Positions 8,120 to 16,812 of a stretch of DNA of 32,000 nucleotides are shown here, one piece after another. This DNA comes from Candidatus Methanoperedens sp. Its GTDB lineage: Archaea > Halobacteriota > Methanosarcinia > Methanosarcinales > Methanoperedenaceae. Position numbers and translations under genes: made by a program. The notes under the pieces were generated by a model. The model had not been told where the DNA came from, made no database searches, and was given only the letters and a program-made list of their open reading frames with translations. The number at the start of each line of letters is the position of its first letter. The first letter of the stretch is position 1. Where the stretch lies: assembly GCA_027460535.1 (NCBI GenBank), contig JAPZAR010000027.1, positions 180,001 through 212,000 of the forward strand. The letters run 5' to 3'.

Positions 8120-8467
8120 ACCAACCTCCACTTGTTTTTCCCCTCTAATTTAATTATTAAATCATTATAATATATAACAGTTGCGCTCGAACTATGGATA
8201 AGATTTTTGATCAATATTCCCAACTATTTTGAACGATAACTTATTGCACCGCTTTCATGAAAGATAAGCTGGAAAAACGCAGGGTATTAAACACCATCTT
8301 CGGAGAAAACTGGTGACACTTTTCGGACTTCCGGGTACCCTTTCTTCAATAATTCGTTTACCTTTGTCTCAATGAGTGCATTGATAATTAAAAAAATCGT
8401 CAAAAAACACTATTTTACATCTAATTATGGTTAAGAACCTAATTTTCGATACTTATTTTATGAAACA

Positions 8468-8534
8468 CTTTGCGTTCTTGGCGTGCTTTGCGGTTCTGAT
8501 TTTATTCACCGCAGAGAGCGCAAAGGTCGCAAAG
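8468..8534. repeat. Imperfect 27-nt-arm inverted repeat built from 9-nt CGCA(A/G)AG units
   Basis: Left arm is CTTTGCGTTCTTGGCGTGCTTTGCGGT (8468-8494) and right arm is ACCGCAGAGAGCGCAAAGGTCGCAAAG (8508-8534). 21 of 27 positions are complementary, with a 13-nt loop. Confidence 0.55.
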
Positions 8535-8601
8535 ATAAGTATAAAATGTTTAGTTTTTAACTATAATCTTCATTAAAACCATCGATAAAGCCGGGATAAA
8601 T

Positions 8602-8766
8602 TCACAATACCTTTTTTATAAATAAATAAACTATGTAAGCAACTATCAATATCACCACTATCTTTATGACAAAAAATGTTAGGGTCAATAAAACCCATAA
8701 AATTTGTATTATAAAATAAGCAAGAACCAGGGCGATGATCGCAATAAGAATATCCGTGAGTTTCAT
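8602..8766 (-). CDS. Putative 54-aa two-TM micro-protein (MKLTDILIAIIALVLAYFIIQILWVLLTLTFFVIKIVVILIVAYIVYLFIKKVL)
   Basis: This is the C-terminal part of the 193-aa track ORF. The rest of that ORF overlaps the better-supported plus-strand gene, so only the segment from the internal ATG at 8766 is plausible. Confidence 0.35.
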   Translation of the reverse strand: MKLTDILIAIIALVLAYFIIQILWVLLTLTFFVIKIVVILIVAYIVYLFIKKVL

Positions 8767-8826
8767 GATCAATAATTCTTTTTTGATGCTTAAATCTTTA
8801 TCCTGCAAAATCAAATCAATAATAAT

Positions 8827-9930
8827 ATGCGCATAGGTATAGTCCTGCACGGCCCTGAGATCGTTGATGTAGGTTCGGCAAAGAAGATAATAGACATATT
8901 CAAGAGAGATCATAATGTGATAGCGAAGCTCGGCGGCACCATGGGGCGAACGGCTGTGCTTGATGCAGAGCTTGAAGATGTTATCGACATCTCCCAGGGA
9001 CTCACGCCGAGTGAGACAATAAACGACCTGGCGCACTGCATCGATCTTGCGATCCTGCTCAACCACGGTAAAACATTGGAGACCGGGAGGCATTTCGGCC
9101 GGCTGGTGGCGTCGAAACTGAAACCGTCGATTCCTTTCATTCATATTGAGCGCCCCGACAGCAGCGGGAGGGTATTCTATCATGATTCACGGGCCAGATA
9201 TTGCGCCGAATACGCCAGAAAAATCCTCCACGATGGAAATTACGACCTCACGGTCGAGAAGGAAAGCATCACACCGCTGTATGTCAGAGCCGAAGGCAAT
9301 ACAATAGTCAGGCGAATCTGCGGGGCATTTCCAGGGGAGAACATCCGCCTCGATGGGATAGTGATAGGCGAGGTAACCGGACAAGACCCGGAAATAGTAT
9401 GCAGGGATGGCCAGGTCGTTGAGCTTCGCGCCGGTAAAATAAAGCCTCACGGTATTGAAAAGCTAAAGAACAGGAGTACAGACCTGTTCACTGCGCGTGT
9501 GAAGACAGGATACATAAGGAGAACCCGGCATAGTCCGAGGATCAAAGAAGTCCCGCGTAGAATATCAGAAAGTGTGGCAGTCATTATCGACCATTGTGCT
9601 GAATCTACATTCGAGCTGATAAGGGATGCAAATCTTGTCATAACCATTGGAGATGACACCACATCGATAGCTTCCGACATTCTGACCCGCTTTGGGATAC
9701 CGGTCATCGGGATCACGGATGGGGACCTGGACTGCATACTTGAAGACGCGGCAGTACCTGCAGGTTCTGTTATCATCCGCGTCAGAGAAGGGTTCGACGA
9801 CATCGTGGGGAAGAAGTTATCTGAGAATTTGATGGAAGGTAGACAGAAAATCAGTATGCAAGGTGATGAATTGACCGCAAGGATACTTGCGCTGGCAGAA
9901 AAATATATCGTTGAAGTTAAATATTATTGA
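8827..9930 (+). CDS. Conserved archaeal protein of unknown function (possibly DUF2117-like; from memory, unverified)
   Basis: 367-aa ORF with coherent, GC-normal coding composition. C-terminal segment is VITIGDDTTSIASDILTRFGIPVIGITDGDLD. Confidence 0.65.
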   Translation: MRIGIVLHGPEIVDVGSAKKIIDIFKRDHNVIAKLGGTMGRTAVLDAELEDVIDISQGLTPSETINDLAHCIDLAILLNHGKTLETGRHFGRLVASKLKPSIPFIHIERPDSSGRVFYHDSRARYCAEYARKILHDGNYDLTVEKESITPLYVRAEGNTIVRRICGAFPGENIRLDGIVIGEVTGQDPEIVCRDGQVVELRAGKIKPHGIEKLKNRSTDLFTARVKTGYIRRTRHSPRIKEVPRRISESVAVIIDHCAESTFELIRDANLVITIGDDTTSIASDILTRFGIPVIGITDGDLDCILEDAAVPAGSVIIRVREGFDDIVGKKLSENLMEGRQKISMQGDELTARILALAEKYIVEVKYY

Positions 9931-9956
9931 ATAAAAAAAAGAAAAAAAGGTATAAC

Positions 9957-10457
9957 TTAGATCAACGCTGCCGTTATACCCAGTACTCCCGACTGAATGA
10001 TAATCGCAACTGTGATTATTACACCAGCCATTTCAAGCGCAACTGCGACATTGCCCTTCTTGAGTTCCTCGAATTCCTCGATTTCCTTGGTCAATTTGTC
10101 CAGGATATTCAATGCAAGATATATTGCAACTATTGCAAGCACTATTCCCAGTATCAACTGGACAATGCTAACAATAATTATCGCTATGCCCGCGCCCGAC
10201 ATTATACCTGCTTTCAGGGCCTGGGATATCCCTATCGAGATACCTGAAACACCTGACTGCACCACGATACCGATGGCGATAAAGACTGATGCGACAAGAA
10301 TGCCTACCGCGACATTGCCCTTAGCTATCTCTTTTTCTTCATCTATTCCTTTAGTTATTTTTCCCAGCACTGAAAACCCAATATACAATGCAACGACTGC
10401 AAGTATAATGGCAATAACTAATTGTATGATCCCTACAACTGCATTTATTATTTCCAT
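9957..10457 (-). CDS. DUF350-type membrane protein, internally duplicated
   Basis: Two repeats each contain a TM helix, an acidic linker, KGNVAV and another TM (EEKEIAKGNVAVGILVA / EFEELKKGNVAVALEMA). Confidence 0.75.
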   Translation of the reverse strand: MEIINAVVGIIQLVIAIILAVVALYIGFSVLGKITKGIDEEKEIAKGNVAVGILVASVFIAIGIVVQSGVSGISIGISQALKAGIMSGAGIAIIIVSIVQLILGIVLAIVAIYLALNILDKLTKEIEEFEELKKGNVAVALEMAGVIITVAIIIQSGVLGITAALI

Positions 10458-10528
10458 ATTCTCACCTCACGCTTAAAGCGCAAGTCTGTATAATGGTAAC
10501 AGGGTGTTATAAAATTATTGTGATGCCT

Positions 10529-10711
10529 TCAATCAAGAAATCGCAGGGCTTTGTTCGGGCACATTACAACACAACGCATGCATAGATTGCATTTATCTTG
10601 GGTTATCCTGGCAATGCCATCGATCCGGTCCAAAGCTTCTGCATCGCACACGCTGTCGCATTTGCCGCATTTCATACAACCCATTACTGTTATAAAACCG
10701 TCAACTGGCAT
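10529..10711 (-). CDS. 2x[4Fe-4S] ferredoxin
   Basis: 60 aa with two CxxCxxCxxxC motifs (CMKCGKCDSVC and CNLCMRCVVMCP). Confidence 0.85.
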   Translation of the reverse strand: MPVDGFITVMGCMKCGKCDSVCDAEALDRIDGIARITQDKCNLCMRCVVMCPNKALRFLD

Positions 10712-10778
10712 TCACAATCTATTTATGCTTACAGGTATAGATAGGTTTTGGACTAAATGTACAAAACACGTGATCATT

Positions 10779-11153
10779 ATGCCACGGTCAATCCCTGAAA
10801 TGATCCGGGGGGATTTCAAATGCGACGACATCGCAAAGTGTATCCTCGGACTCAAGAACATCGATATAGAAGCATACAAGGCGCTCGTTACGAAGGGCCC
10901 AATGACGGCAGAGCATCTTGGAGAAATTTTAAAAAGAGAGCGAAGCACAGCTTATCGTTCGCTGCAGAACTTAATAGGATGCGGCCTCGTCCATCGTGAA
11001 ACCAAAACCATCCACACAGGTGGATATTTTTATGAGTATATAGCACTTGAGCCGGCCAGGATGAAAGAGCAGATCCTCGGGAATATCGACGAATGGTGCA
11101 AAAAAATGAAGAAACTGGTTTCCGAGATCGATAGGGAAATCATGAAACCGTAA
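10779..11153 (+). CDS. TrmB/MarR-like winged-helix transcriptional regulator
   Basis: IEAYKALVTKGPMTAEHLGEILKRERSTAYRSLQNLIGCGLVHRE matches a TrmB-type HTH. The start is moved to ATG 10779 because the track ORF's first 76 codons are antisense to the ferredoxin gene. Confidence 0.7.
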   Translation: MPRSIPEMIRGDFKCDDIAKCILGLKNIDIEAYKALVTKGPMTAEHLGEILKRERSTAYRSLQNLIGCGLVHRETKTIHTGGYFYEYIALEPARMKEQILGNIDEWCKKMKKLVSEIDREIMKP

Positions 11154-12168
11154 AAATACTGTCCCACACCTCTTCAACTTTTTCTCTGAATTCTTTCTGG
11201 GTAAATCCCATCATTCCAGCCGCGAACATGGCGCCACCTGCGCCTACTCCCTCTTTTACATCACCGTTCTCGTACATCCGAAGTCCGGCAATTCTCGAAC
11301 TCCCAAAGCCAGGATCGGCTGCAAATGCCTGGTAACCCAAAAGTTCAGTCATTTCCCTGAAATTTGCGGTTGGGTCTCGCGCAACGTAACATGTGGTGGC
11401 TATGGAGACATCGCTTTTCAAGCCAAGTGATTTAATGATGCTCAACACCGAGACCATCTGTGTTCCACCAGCGAGGACTGCTTTTACCCCGAGGCCTTTC
11501 ACGAGTCCGGCAGCAGCAGGCATCATCGGGTCACCAAGACACTCTGCGGCTCGAAGCGGATTATTTCTTAAATCACCAAATGATATGCCTGCCTTTTTCA
11601 TACCTTCGTTCACTGCCATTTCTTTAATGCCGAGAGGATTATCCGGGAAACTTGATGATACCCTGCCGTCATAGCCCAGGGCATTCATTACCCCCATGGC
11701 GGTCGTTGTTCCACCCGGCACGCTCTCTCCTATTATCACAAAATCCGAGAGTTTTCCGAATTTTTTACCCAGAGCCTCTGCTTTCTTATAGATGTCAAAG
11801 GCATCGGCCACAGCGTGTCCTTTCCGGATATCTCCGCCTGGCAGTGCATTAAGGTCAATCGTTGGTACTTTCGGCCTGATGCGCAGTCCTGAATTTATAA
11901 AAATAGAAGGGATTCCGGTTAGCAGCATCGATGCCCTGGTCAATACAGCCGGCGTGGGCGCGCCCGAGGGCGTCATAGCAGGTTCAGTGATACTGATAGC
12001 GTTACCCGTTTCCACGAGTTCAGCATCCGCTGCAGGCGTATAATCCGTGAGTTCGGGGGATCTGCCTGCCGCGGAGATATTCGGTATTTTAGCCGTCTCC
12101 GTATTTGCCAGTATGCACACAAACAGGGGTTTTTCAGGGGTAAAATCTGGATAGGGTTCTACCCACAT
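11140..12168 (-). CDS. cobT: Archaeal CobT-like nicotinate-nucleotide:dimethylbenzimidazole phosphoribosyltransferase (UPF0284 family)
   Basis: 342 aa with the GESVPGGTTTA motif and NTETAKIPNISAAG. The overall pattern is that of the archaeal UPF0284/TIGR00303 family. Confidence 0.75.
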   Translation of the reverse strand: MWVEPYPDFTPEKPLFVCILANTETAKIPNISAAGRSPELTDYTPAADAELVETGNAISITEPAMTPSGAPTPAVLTRASMLLTGIPSIFINSGLRIRPKVPTIDLNALPGGDIRKGHAVADAFDIYKKAEALGKKFGKLSDFVIIGESVPGGTTTAMGVMNALGYDGRVSSSFPDNPLGIKEMAVNEGMKKAGISFGDLRNNPLRAAECLGDPMMPAAAGLVKGLGVKAVLAGGTQMVSVLSIIKSLGLKSDVSIATTCYVARDPTANFREMTELLGYQAFAADPGFGSSRIAGLRMYENGDVKEGVGAGGAMFAAGMMGFTQKEFREKVEEVWDSIFTVS

Positions 12169-12176
12169 CTAAATCC

Positions 12177-13469
12177 CTACAGGTCACTTGAGGTTTCAAT
12201 ATGCAATGATGCCGGGGTTTTTACGACATTTCCAAGCTTCGCACCTACAAGATTCGTGATACCCTTTTCCGAGGCGATATCCACTATACGCTGGGTTATC
12301 ACGCCATCAAATACAACGCTTCTGATATTGCCGTTGAATTCTTTCAGCGCGCTTGCAAGATCACGAACGGGCACTTCGCTTATAATATTGTTGCTTTCAT
12401 CGAGCAACCTGGCGCTCAGAGTTCCACTTAATTGAACTATATGTTCCTGGAAAGCTCCTTTGCTCTCTTTTTCCCTAACTTCAGGTTCTTCGGCTATCTT
12501 TGGCCTTTCAGGCTCAGGCGCCTGTTCAACCGGTTCTTCCCTTGAAGGCTGCATTTCTAATTCCTCGGAAACCGAGGGTTCGCCCTTCCCTGAAGTCTTT
12601 TTCCTGGTTGCCTCCATGATAGCAACTCTTCTCTTCTTGCTGACCTGATAATAATCAAACGCCTGCTCGACAGGTATTTTCTGCCTTAGCGATTTCATGA
12701 TCTCCTTCTGCACAAGCTCTTCGACACCTTTGCCATCGGGAGCGCGGGCAATGAAATCAACATCCGCAACCTGGAGAAGTTCTTTGATTATGAGCTCTCC
12801 ACCCCTGTCCCCATCGGTGAAAGCCGTGACCGTCTTTTTCTTGCAGAGCTCTGCTACTGATTGGGGGACATTCGTGCCTCCTACGGCGATAGAGTTCTTA
12901 ATACCGTATCGCAGCAGGTTTAACACATCTGCACGTCCCTCGACCACGATTATCGCATCGGAATTAAGAACATTCGGCCCCATCGGGATATTTTCCTTTC
13001 CGAATGTCGTGATCTCTTCTATCCTGAGGGATTGCCTGACCTCGTCAGTGATTTCCTGGCTCTCCGGCAGCATTTCGTCGAACATTTCAGAAAGGATCTG
13101 TTTCGCACGGTCTATGACTTTTTTCCTTTTTGATGTCCTCACATCTTCGATTTTAGCGATGTTAATGTTAGCGATACAGGGTCCTATCCTGTCGATAGTC
13201 TCAAGGCTCGCTGCGAGCACTGCAGTCTCGACCTTATCAAGGCTCGATGGTATTTCTATCGTTCCCAATGATTTACCCATGTTCGATTTGATATTGACTT
13301 CAAGCCTTCCGATCCGTCCGCTCCTCTGAAGTTCCCTGAGGTCAAGATCTGCCCCTATTAAACCTTCGGTCTGTCCGAATATTGCCCCGATAACGTCAGG
13401 TCGCTCTATTACTCCGTCTGCCTTTATTTTAGCATGAATGATATATTTTGTCGTGTCTGAATTTTGCAT
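12177..13469 (-). CDS. dnaG: Archaeal DNA primase DnaG (Toprim; exosome-associated)
   Basis: N-terminus is [30 protein letters not shown]. Toprim motifs are [13 protein letters not shown] and [11 protein letters not shown]. Confidence 0.9.
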   Translation of the reverse strand: MQNSDTTKYIIHAKIKADGVIERPDVIGAIFGQTEGLIGADLDLRELQRSGRIGRLEVNIKSNMGKSLGTIEIPSSLDKVETAVLAASLETIDRIGPCIANINIAKIEDVRTSKRKKVIDRAKQILSEMFDEMLPESQEITDEVRQSLRIEEITTFGKENIPMGPNVLNSDAIIVVEGRADVLNLLRYGIKNSIAVGGTNVPQSVAELCKKKTVTAFTDGDRGGELIIKELLQVADVDFIARAPDGKGVEELVQKEIMKSLRQKIPVEQAFDYYQVSKKRRVAIMEATRKKTSGKGEPSVSEELEMQPSREEPVEQAPEPERPKIAEEPEVREKESKGAFQEHIVQLSGTLSARLLDESNNIISEVPVRDLASALKEFNGNIRSVVFDGVITQRIVDIASEKGITNLVGAKLGNVVKTPASLHIETSSDL

Positions 13470-13767
13470 ATATAGTACCCTCCCTGTGAATAGCAGTTAG
13501 AAAAGAATTTCATTCGTCGGGATCTGGTTTTTATGTAGAACTAACCAAAGCTGTCAATATCAGCATTTATTATTTTTAGTCCCATGACGGTAATGAAAGT
13601 CAACATTGTTATTAGGGTCACTGTCTGATTCGTGAGTCCTTATGATTATGAGTATCTAACTACTTTTCTATGGATGATTATTTGCATGGATGGATATCTT
13701 ATTGCATCTATGCAAGTCAATACTAAATTGTATGAATACCTTTAAAAACATTGTGGTCTTAATTTTT

Positions 13768-14187
13768 TTAAAATGTACCATGAAGTTCGTCTCTCAACCT
13801 GTTGACATAATTGCTGAGGCTTTCGATATCCTTGATCCTTTTTTTCACCAGAGCCCTTATCCTCCCGCGAATTTCCGTGTTCGGCATGATGCCATAGTTG
13901 AGAAGGTACTTGATTATCTTACGCGCTATCATGCCCCCTTTTTTATCCCAGTCGGTCAGCAAAATGATCTCTTTATCTTTCCTGGATAACTTCTCTGTCA
14001 ACTCAAGCAGGGGCTGCTGTGAAGCGAATATTATGTCCCCTTTTAACCCGAGGCGCGAGAGCGATTCCGCATCTTTCCTGCCCTCCACTATGATAACGGC
14101 CCCGTTGTCAGCACGCTCCCTGAGGTCTGATAAGATCTTATCGAGCTGTTCAAGACGCTCTATGTCTTCAAGTATCCTGATATTCAT
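13768..14187 (-). CDS. Small Toprim-domain protein (RNase M5-like/UPF0292-like)
   Basis: 139 aa with VIIVEGRKDAESL and ILLTDWDKKGG. It has a 4-nt ATGA overlap with the upstream DUF167 gene. Confidence 0.8.
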   Translation of the reverse strand: MNIRILEDIERLEQLDKILSDLRERADNGAVIIVEGRKDAESLSRLGLKGDIIFASQQPLLELTEKLSRKDKEIILLTDWDKKGGMIARKIIKYLLNYGIMPNTEIRGRIRALVKKRIKDIESLSNYVNRLRDELHGTF

Positions 14188-14558
14188 TTTTGAATCAGAA
14201 TCTCCAGAATTTCAGGAGCCTCTGCCCCGATGATCTTCACGGATTTTTTACTGCTCGCTAAGCCTTTGATTATTTGGATGTTGCCTGTATTAACCTTGAA
14301 CAACCTTGAGAAAAACGAAATTAGCTCGGCATTGGCCTTTCCTTTCTGCGCCTTTTCTGAAATACGAACCTCAATGCGGCGCCTCCATGGATTATACCCA
14401 TGCACCGAAGTCTCCTTGGCGCCCGGAGATATTTCAAGGTCCAGAATGACGCCATCACTGGTCTTCCTTAAAGCATCTTTCATTTGTTCCCAGAAGGAGA
14501 GAGATAATATTAATGGTTGTTGCAGGAACTTGACAAATCGTGTCTTTTTTGTAGCCAT
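14184..14558 (-). CDS. DUF167 / YggU-like (UPF0235) protein
   Basis: DGVILDLEISPGAK...IEVRISEKAQKGKANAELISFFSRLF...IQIIKGLASSKKSVKI matches the family. The true start may be the internal Met at 14483. Confidence 0.7.
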   Translation of the reverse strand: MATKKTRFVKFLQQPLILSLSFWEQMKDALRKTSDGVILDLEISPGAKETSVHGYNPWRRRIEVRISEKAQKGKANAELISFFSRLFKVNTGNIQIIKGLASSKKSVKIIGAEAPEILEILIQK

Positions 14559-14567
14559 TCCTGAATA

Positions 14568-15755
14568 ATGAGTAACCTTTTAGATAAATACGACCAACAA
14601 GGGAATATTCAAATGAATCTGACAATACCAATTGTGCTGTTTATCTTAATCGCGATACCCTATTTAATATACATAGGATTTATTCTCAAATACGGACGCT
14701 GTGGTTCACCGGCCAAACGCAAAGACAATAGACCGACAATATCCATCGTTATTCCGACATACAACGAAGAAGTGCTCATAGCCAAAAAATTGGATAATAT
14801 TTTCAAAATGGATTATCCTCAGGAATTACTTGAGGTCGTAATAATCGATTCATCCACAGATGGAACACGTGAAATAATAGAAGAATATCGAAAAAGGTCC
14901 AGCGGCATAAGATTGATAACTCAGGAAAGACAAGGCCTGGCAACGGCACTGAACACTGCTTATGCTGCAGCACTGAATCAAATAGTGATCAAAACAGATT
15001 GCGACAGTATGCTTGAAAAAAATGCACTCCTAAAAGTTGCGGCCGATTTTGCAGATCCAACAATAGGCGGTGTCACAGGTAAGCAGGAAGTGATCAATGA
15101 ATCCAAGGTCGAGGTGGGTTACAGGTCGCTCCAATCCAGGGTGCAGATCGCGGAATCCTGGATCGACTCCACAATAATCTTCCACGGCCCTTTCTCGGCA
15201 TACAGGAAGGAACTCATAAAATCCGTAGATGCGGATTCAGTGGCAGATGACAGCGAACTCGCAATTAAGGTGCGAAAGCAGGGGTACAGGACTATCATCG
15301 ACCCTGAAATCATATTTTATGAGGCCAGCCAGAGTGCGTTTTTCAAAAGAAGGATGCAAAAGGACAGGCGCGGGAAAGGGCTTATCAGGCTGCTGCTGCG
15401 CCACAGAGACGTGCTTTTCAATCCAAGATTTGGAAATTACGGAAAACTCGTGTTCCCGATGAATTATTTCATGATGATATTTTCCCCATATTTGATATCG
15501 CTGCTTTTCTTGATCACGATATATATGCTCTACCTTTTTGACCCGATATTCTCAGCAACAGCATTGATCTTATTTCTAATTTTTATTTATCTTGGTCAGG
15601 CCAACAGACTTTCAATTCTCGAACCCATCTATTCTTTTCTTGATACACAGATATCGCTTCTTGTGGGCGGATTGAGCCTGATATTCGGAAAGGATTCCAA
15701 TGGAACCTGGGAGATAGACCAGGAACTCAGGGGTGCATACCTGAAACATGATTAG
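14568..15755 (+). CDS. Family 2 glycosyltransferase with N- and C-terminal TM helices (processive synthase-like)
   Basis: ISIVIPTYNEE...VVIIDSSTDGT and the TDCDS and DDSEL motifs, with a hydrophobic C-terminal third. Confidence 0.85.
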   Translation: MSNLLDKYDQQGNIQMNLTIPIVLFILIAIPYLIYIGFILKYGRCGSPAKRKDNRPTISIVIPTYNEEVLIAKKLDNIFKMDYPQELLEVVIIDSSTDGTREIIEEYRKRSSGIRLITQERQGLATALNTAYAAALNQIVIKTDCDSMLEKNALLKVAADFADPTIGGVTGKQEVINESKVEVGYRSLQSRVQIAESWIDSTIIFHGPFSAYRKELIKSVDADSVADDSELAIKVRKQGYRTIIDPEIIFYEASQSAFFKRRMQKDRRGKGLIRLLLRHRDVLFNPRFGNYGKLVFPMNYFMMIFSPYLISLLFLITIYMLYLFDPIFSATALILFLIFIYLGQANRLSILEPIYSFLDTQISLLVGGLSLIFGKDSNGTWEIDQELRGAYLKHD

Positions 15756-16794
15756 AATCGCTATGGTATGCCACAGGTACTATCCTGATATCGGCGGGGT
15801 GGAAACACATGTCAGCGAAATCAGTGAACGTCTTGCGAAGCGTGGTTTTGACGTTGAGGTCATATGTACCGATCCAGCATGGAAATATCCAACGCATGAA
15901 AATCATAACGGGATAAAAATTACGCGTTTCAAGTCGTTTGCACCAAGGAATGCTTTCTATTTTGCGCCTCAAGTGTACTGGTACCTGAAGAACCGGCACT
16001 ATGACATAGTGCATGCCCATAATTATCATGCATTTCCGGCCCTCTTTGCATCCGCCGCCTCAAGGGGAAAATTCATTTTTACACCTCATTACCACGGTGG
16101 CAGCTATTCCTATCTTAGAAACCTGCTCCTCAAACCCTACCTTTGGGTTGGACGATCTATATTTGAAAAGGCGGATAAAGTAATATGCGTGTCAAAATTC
16201 GAATTGAAACTTATTGAGAATGATTTTAAAGTTTCACCTTCAAAGCTCGTTCATATCCCCAATGGATTAAACCGGGAAGAGTTTAAAATTATAGGAGAAT
16301 TAAAAAAACAATCAAAGATTATTCTCTATGTGGGACGAATGGAATCCTACAAGGGTGTACAATATCTAATAGAAGTGCTGCCCCTATTGAAAGATTATCG
16401 TCTCAAGTTGATAGGGAAGGGGATATATGAGAAAAAGTTGCGCGAATTAGCCCTGAGATTTGACGTAAATAACAGGATTGATTGGCTAAAGGACATCAAA
16501 AGAGATGAACTGCTATCGCACTTTGTATCGGCTGATGTTTTTGTTAATCTTTCTATATTTGAGGCTTACGGGATAACGGTTGCTGAGGCACTCGCATGCG
16601 GTACCCCCTGTATCGTGGCGATTGGAGGAGCACTGGAAGAATTTGTTGATGGGAAAGGTTGCGTGGGACTAAGCTATCCAATCGACATGAAAGCCCTGGC
16701 AGAGGCTATCGAGAGCAGCAAAAAAATAACTCCGAGAGAAATGCCGGATTGGGATGATGTTACAGACAAACTCATAAAAATATATTCAGCCTGA
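15748..16794 (+). CDS. Family 4 (GT-B, group 1) glycosyltransferase
   Basis: N-terminus is IAMVCHRYYPDIGGVETHV and the C-terminal region reads FEAYGITVAEALACGTPCIV. It overlaps the GT2 gene by 8 nt. Confidence 0.85.
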   Translation: MIRIAMVCHRYYPDIGGVETHVSEISERLAKRGFDVEVICTDPAWKYPTHENHNGIKITRFKSFAPRNAFYFAPQVYWYLKNRHYDIVHAHNYHAFPALFASAASRGKFIFTPHYHGGSYSYLRNLLLKPYLWVGRSIFEKADKVICVSKFELKLIENDFKVSPSKLVHIPNGLNREEFKIIGELKKQSKIILYVGRMESYKGVQYLIEVLPLLKDYRLKLIGKGIYEKKLRELALRFDVNNRIDWLKDIKRDELLSHFVSADVFVNLSIFEAYGITVAEALACGTPCIVAIGGALEEFVDGKGCVGLSYPIDMKALAEAIESSKKITPREMPDWDDVTDKLIKIYSA

Positions 16795-16812
16795 AAATCG
16801 ATCTGCGGGATG

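Noticed and set aside
8767-9183. N-terminal 139 codons of the 193-aa minus-strand ORF
   Set aside because: This part overlaps the much better supported 367-aa plus-strand gene. Only the C-terminal 54-aa hydrophobic part downstream of an internal ATG is kept, as a low-confidence call.
9997-10476. 159-aa plus-strand ORF, and similar long antisense ORFs at 12697-13329 and 23742-24386
   Set aside because: Each lies fully antisense to a gene with clear family motifs (DUF350, dnaG, glmM). Their translations are low-complexity, Ser/Thr/Ile/Pro-rich mirror images.
10551-10778. N-terminal extension of the HTH regulator ORF
   Set aside because: It is antisense to the ferredoxin gene and lacks any domain-like sequence. 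The winged-helix domain is complete from ATG 10779.
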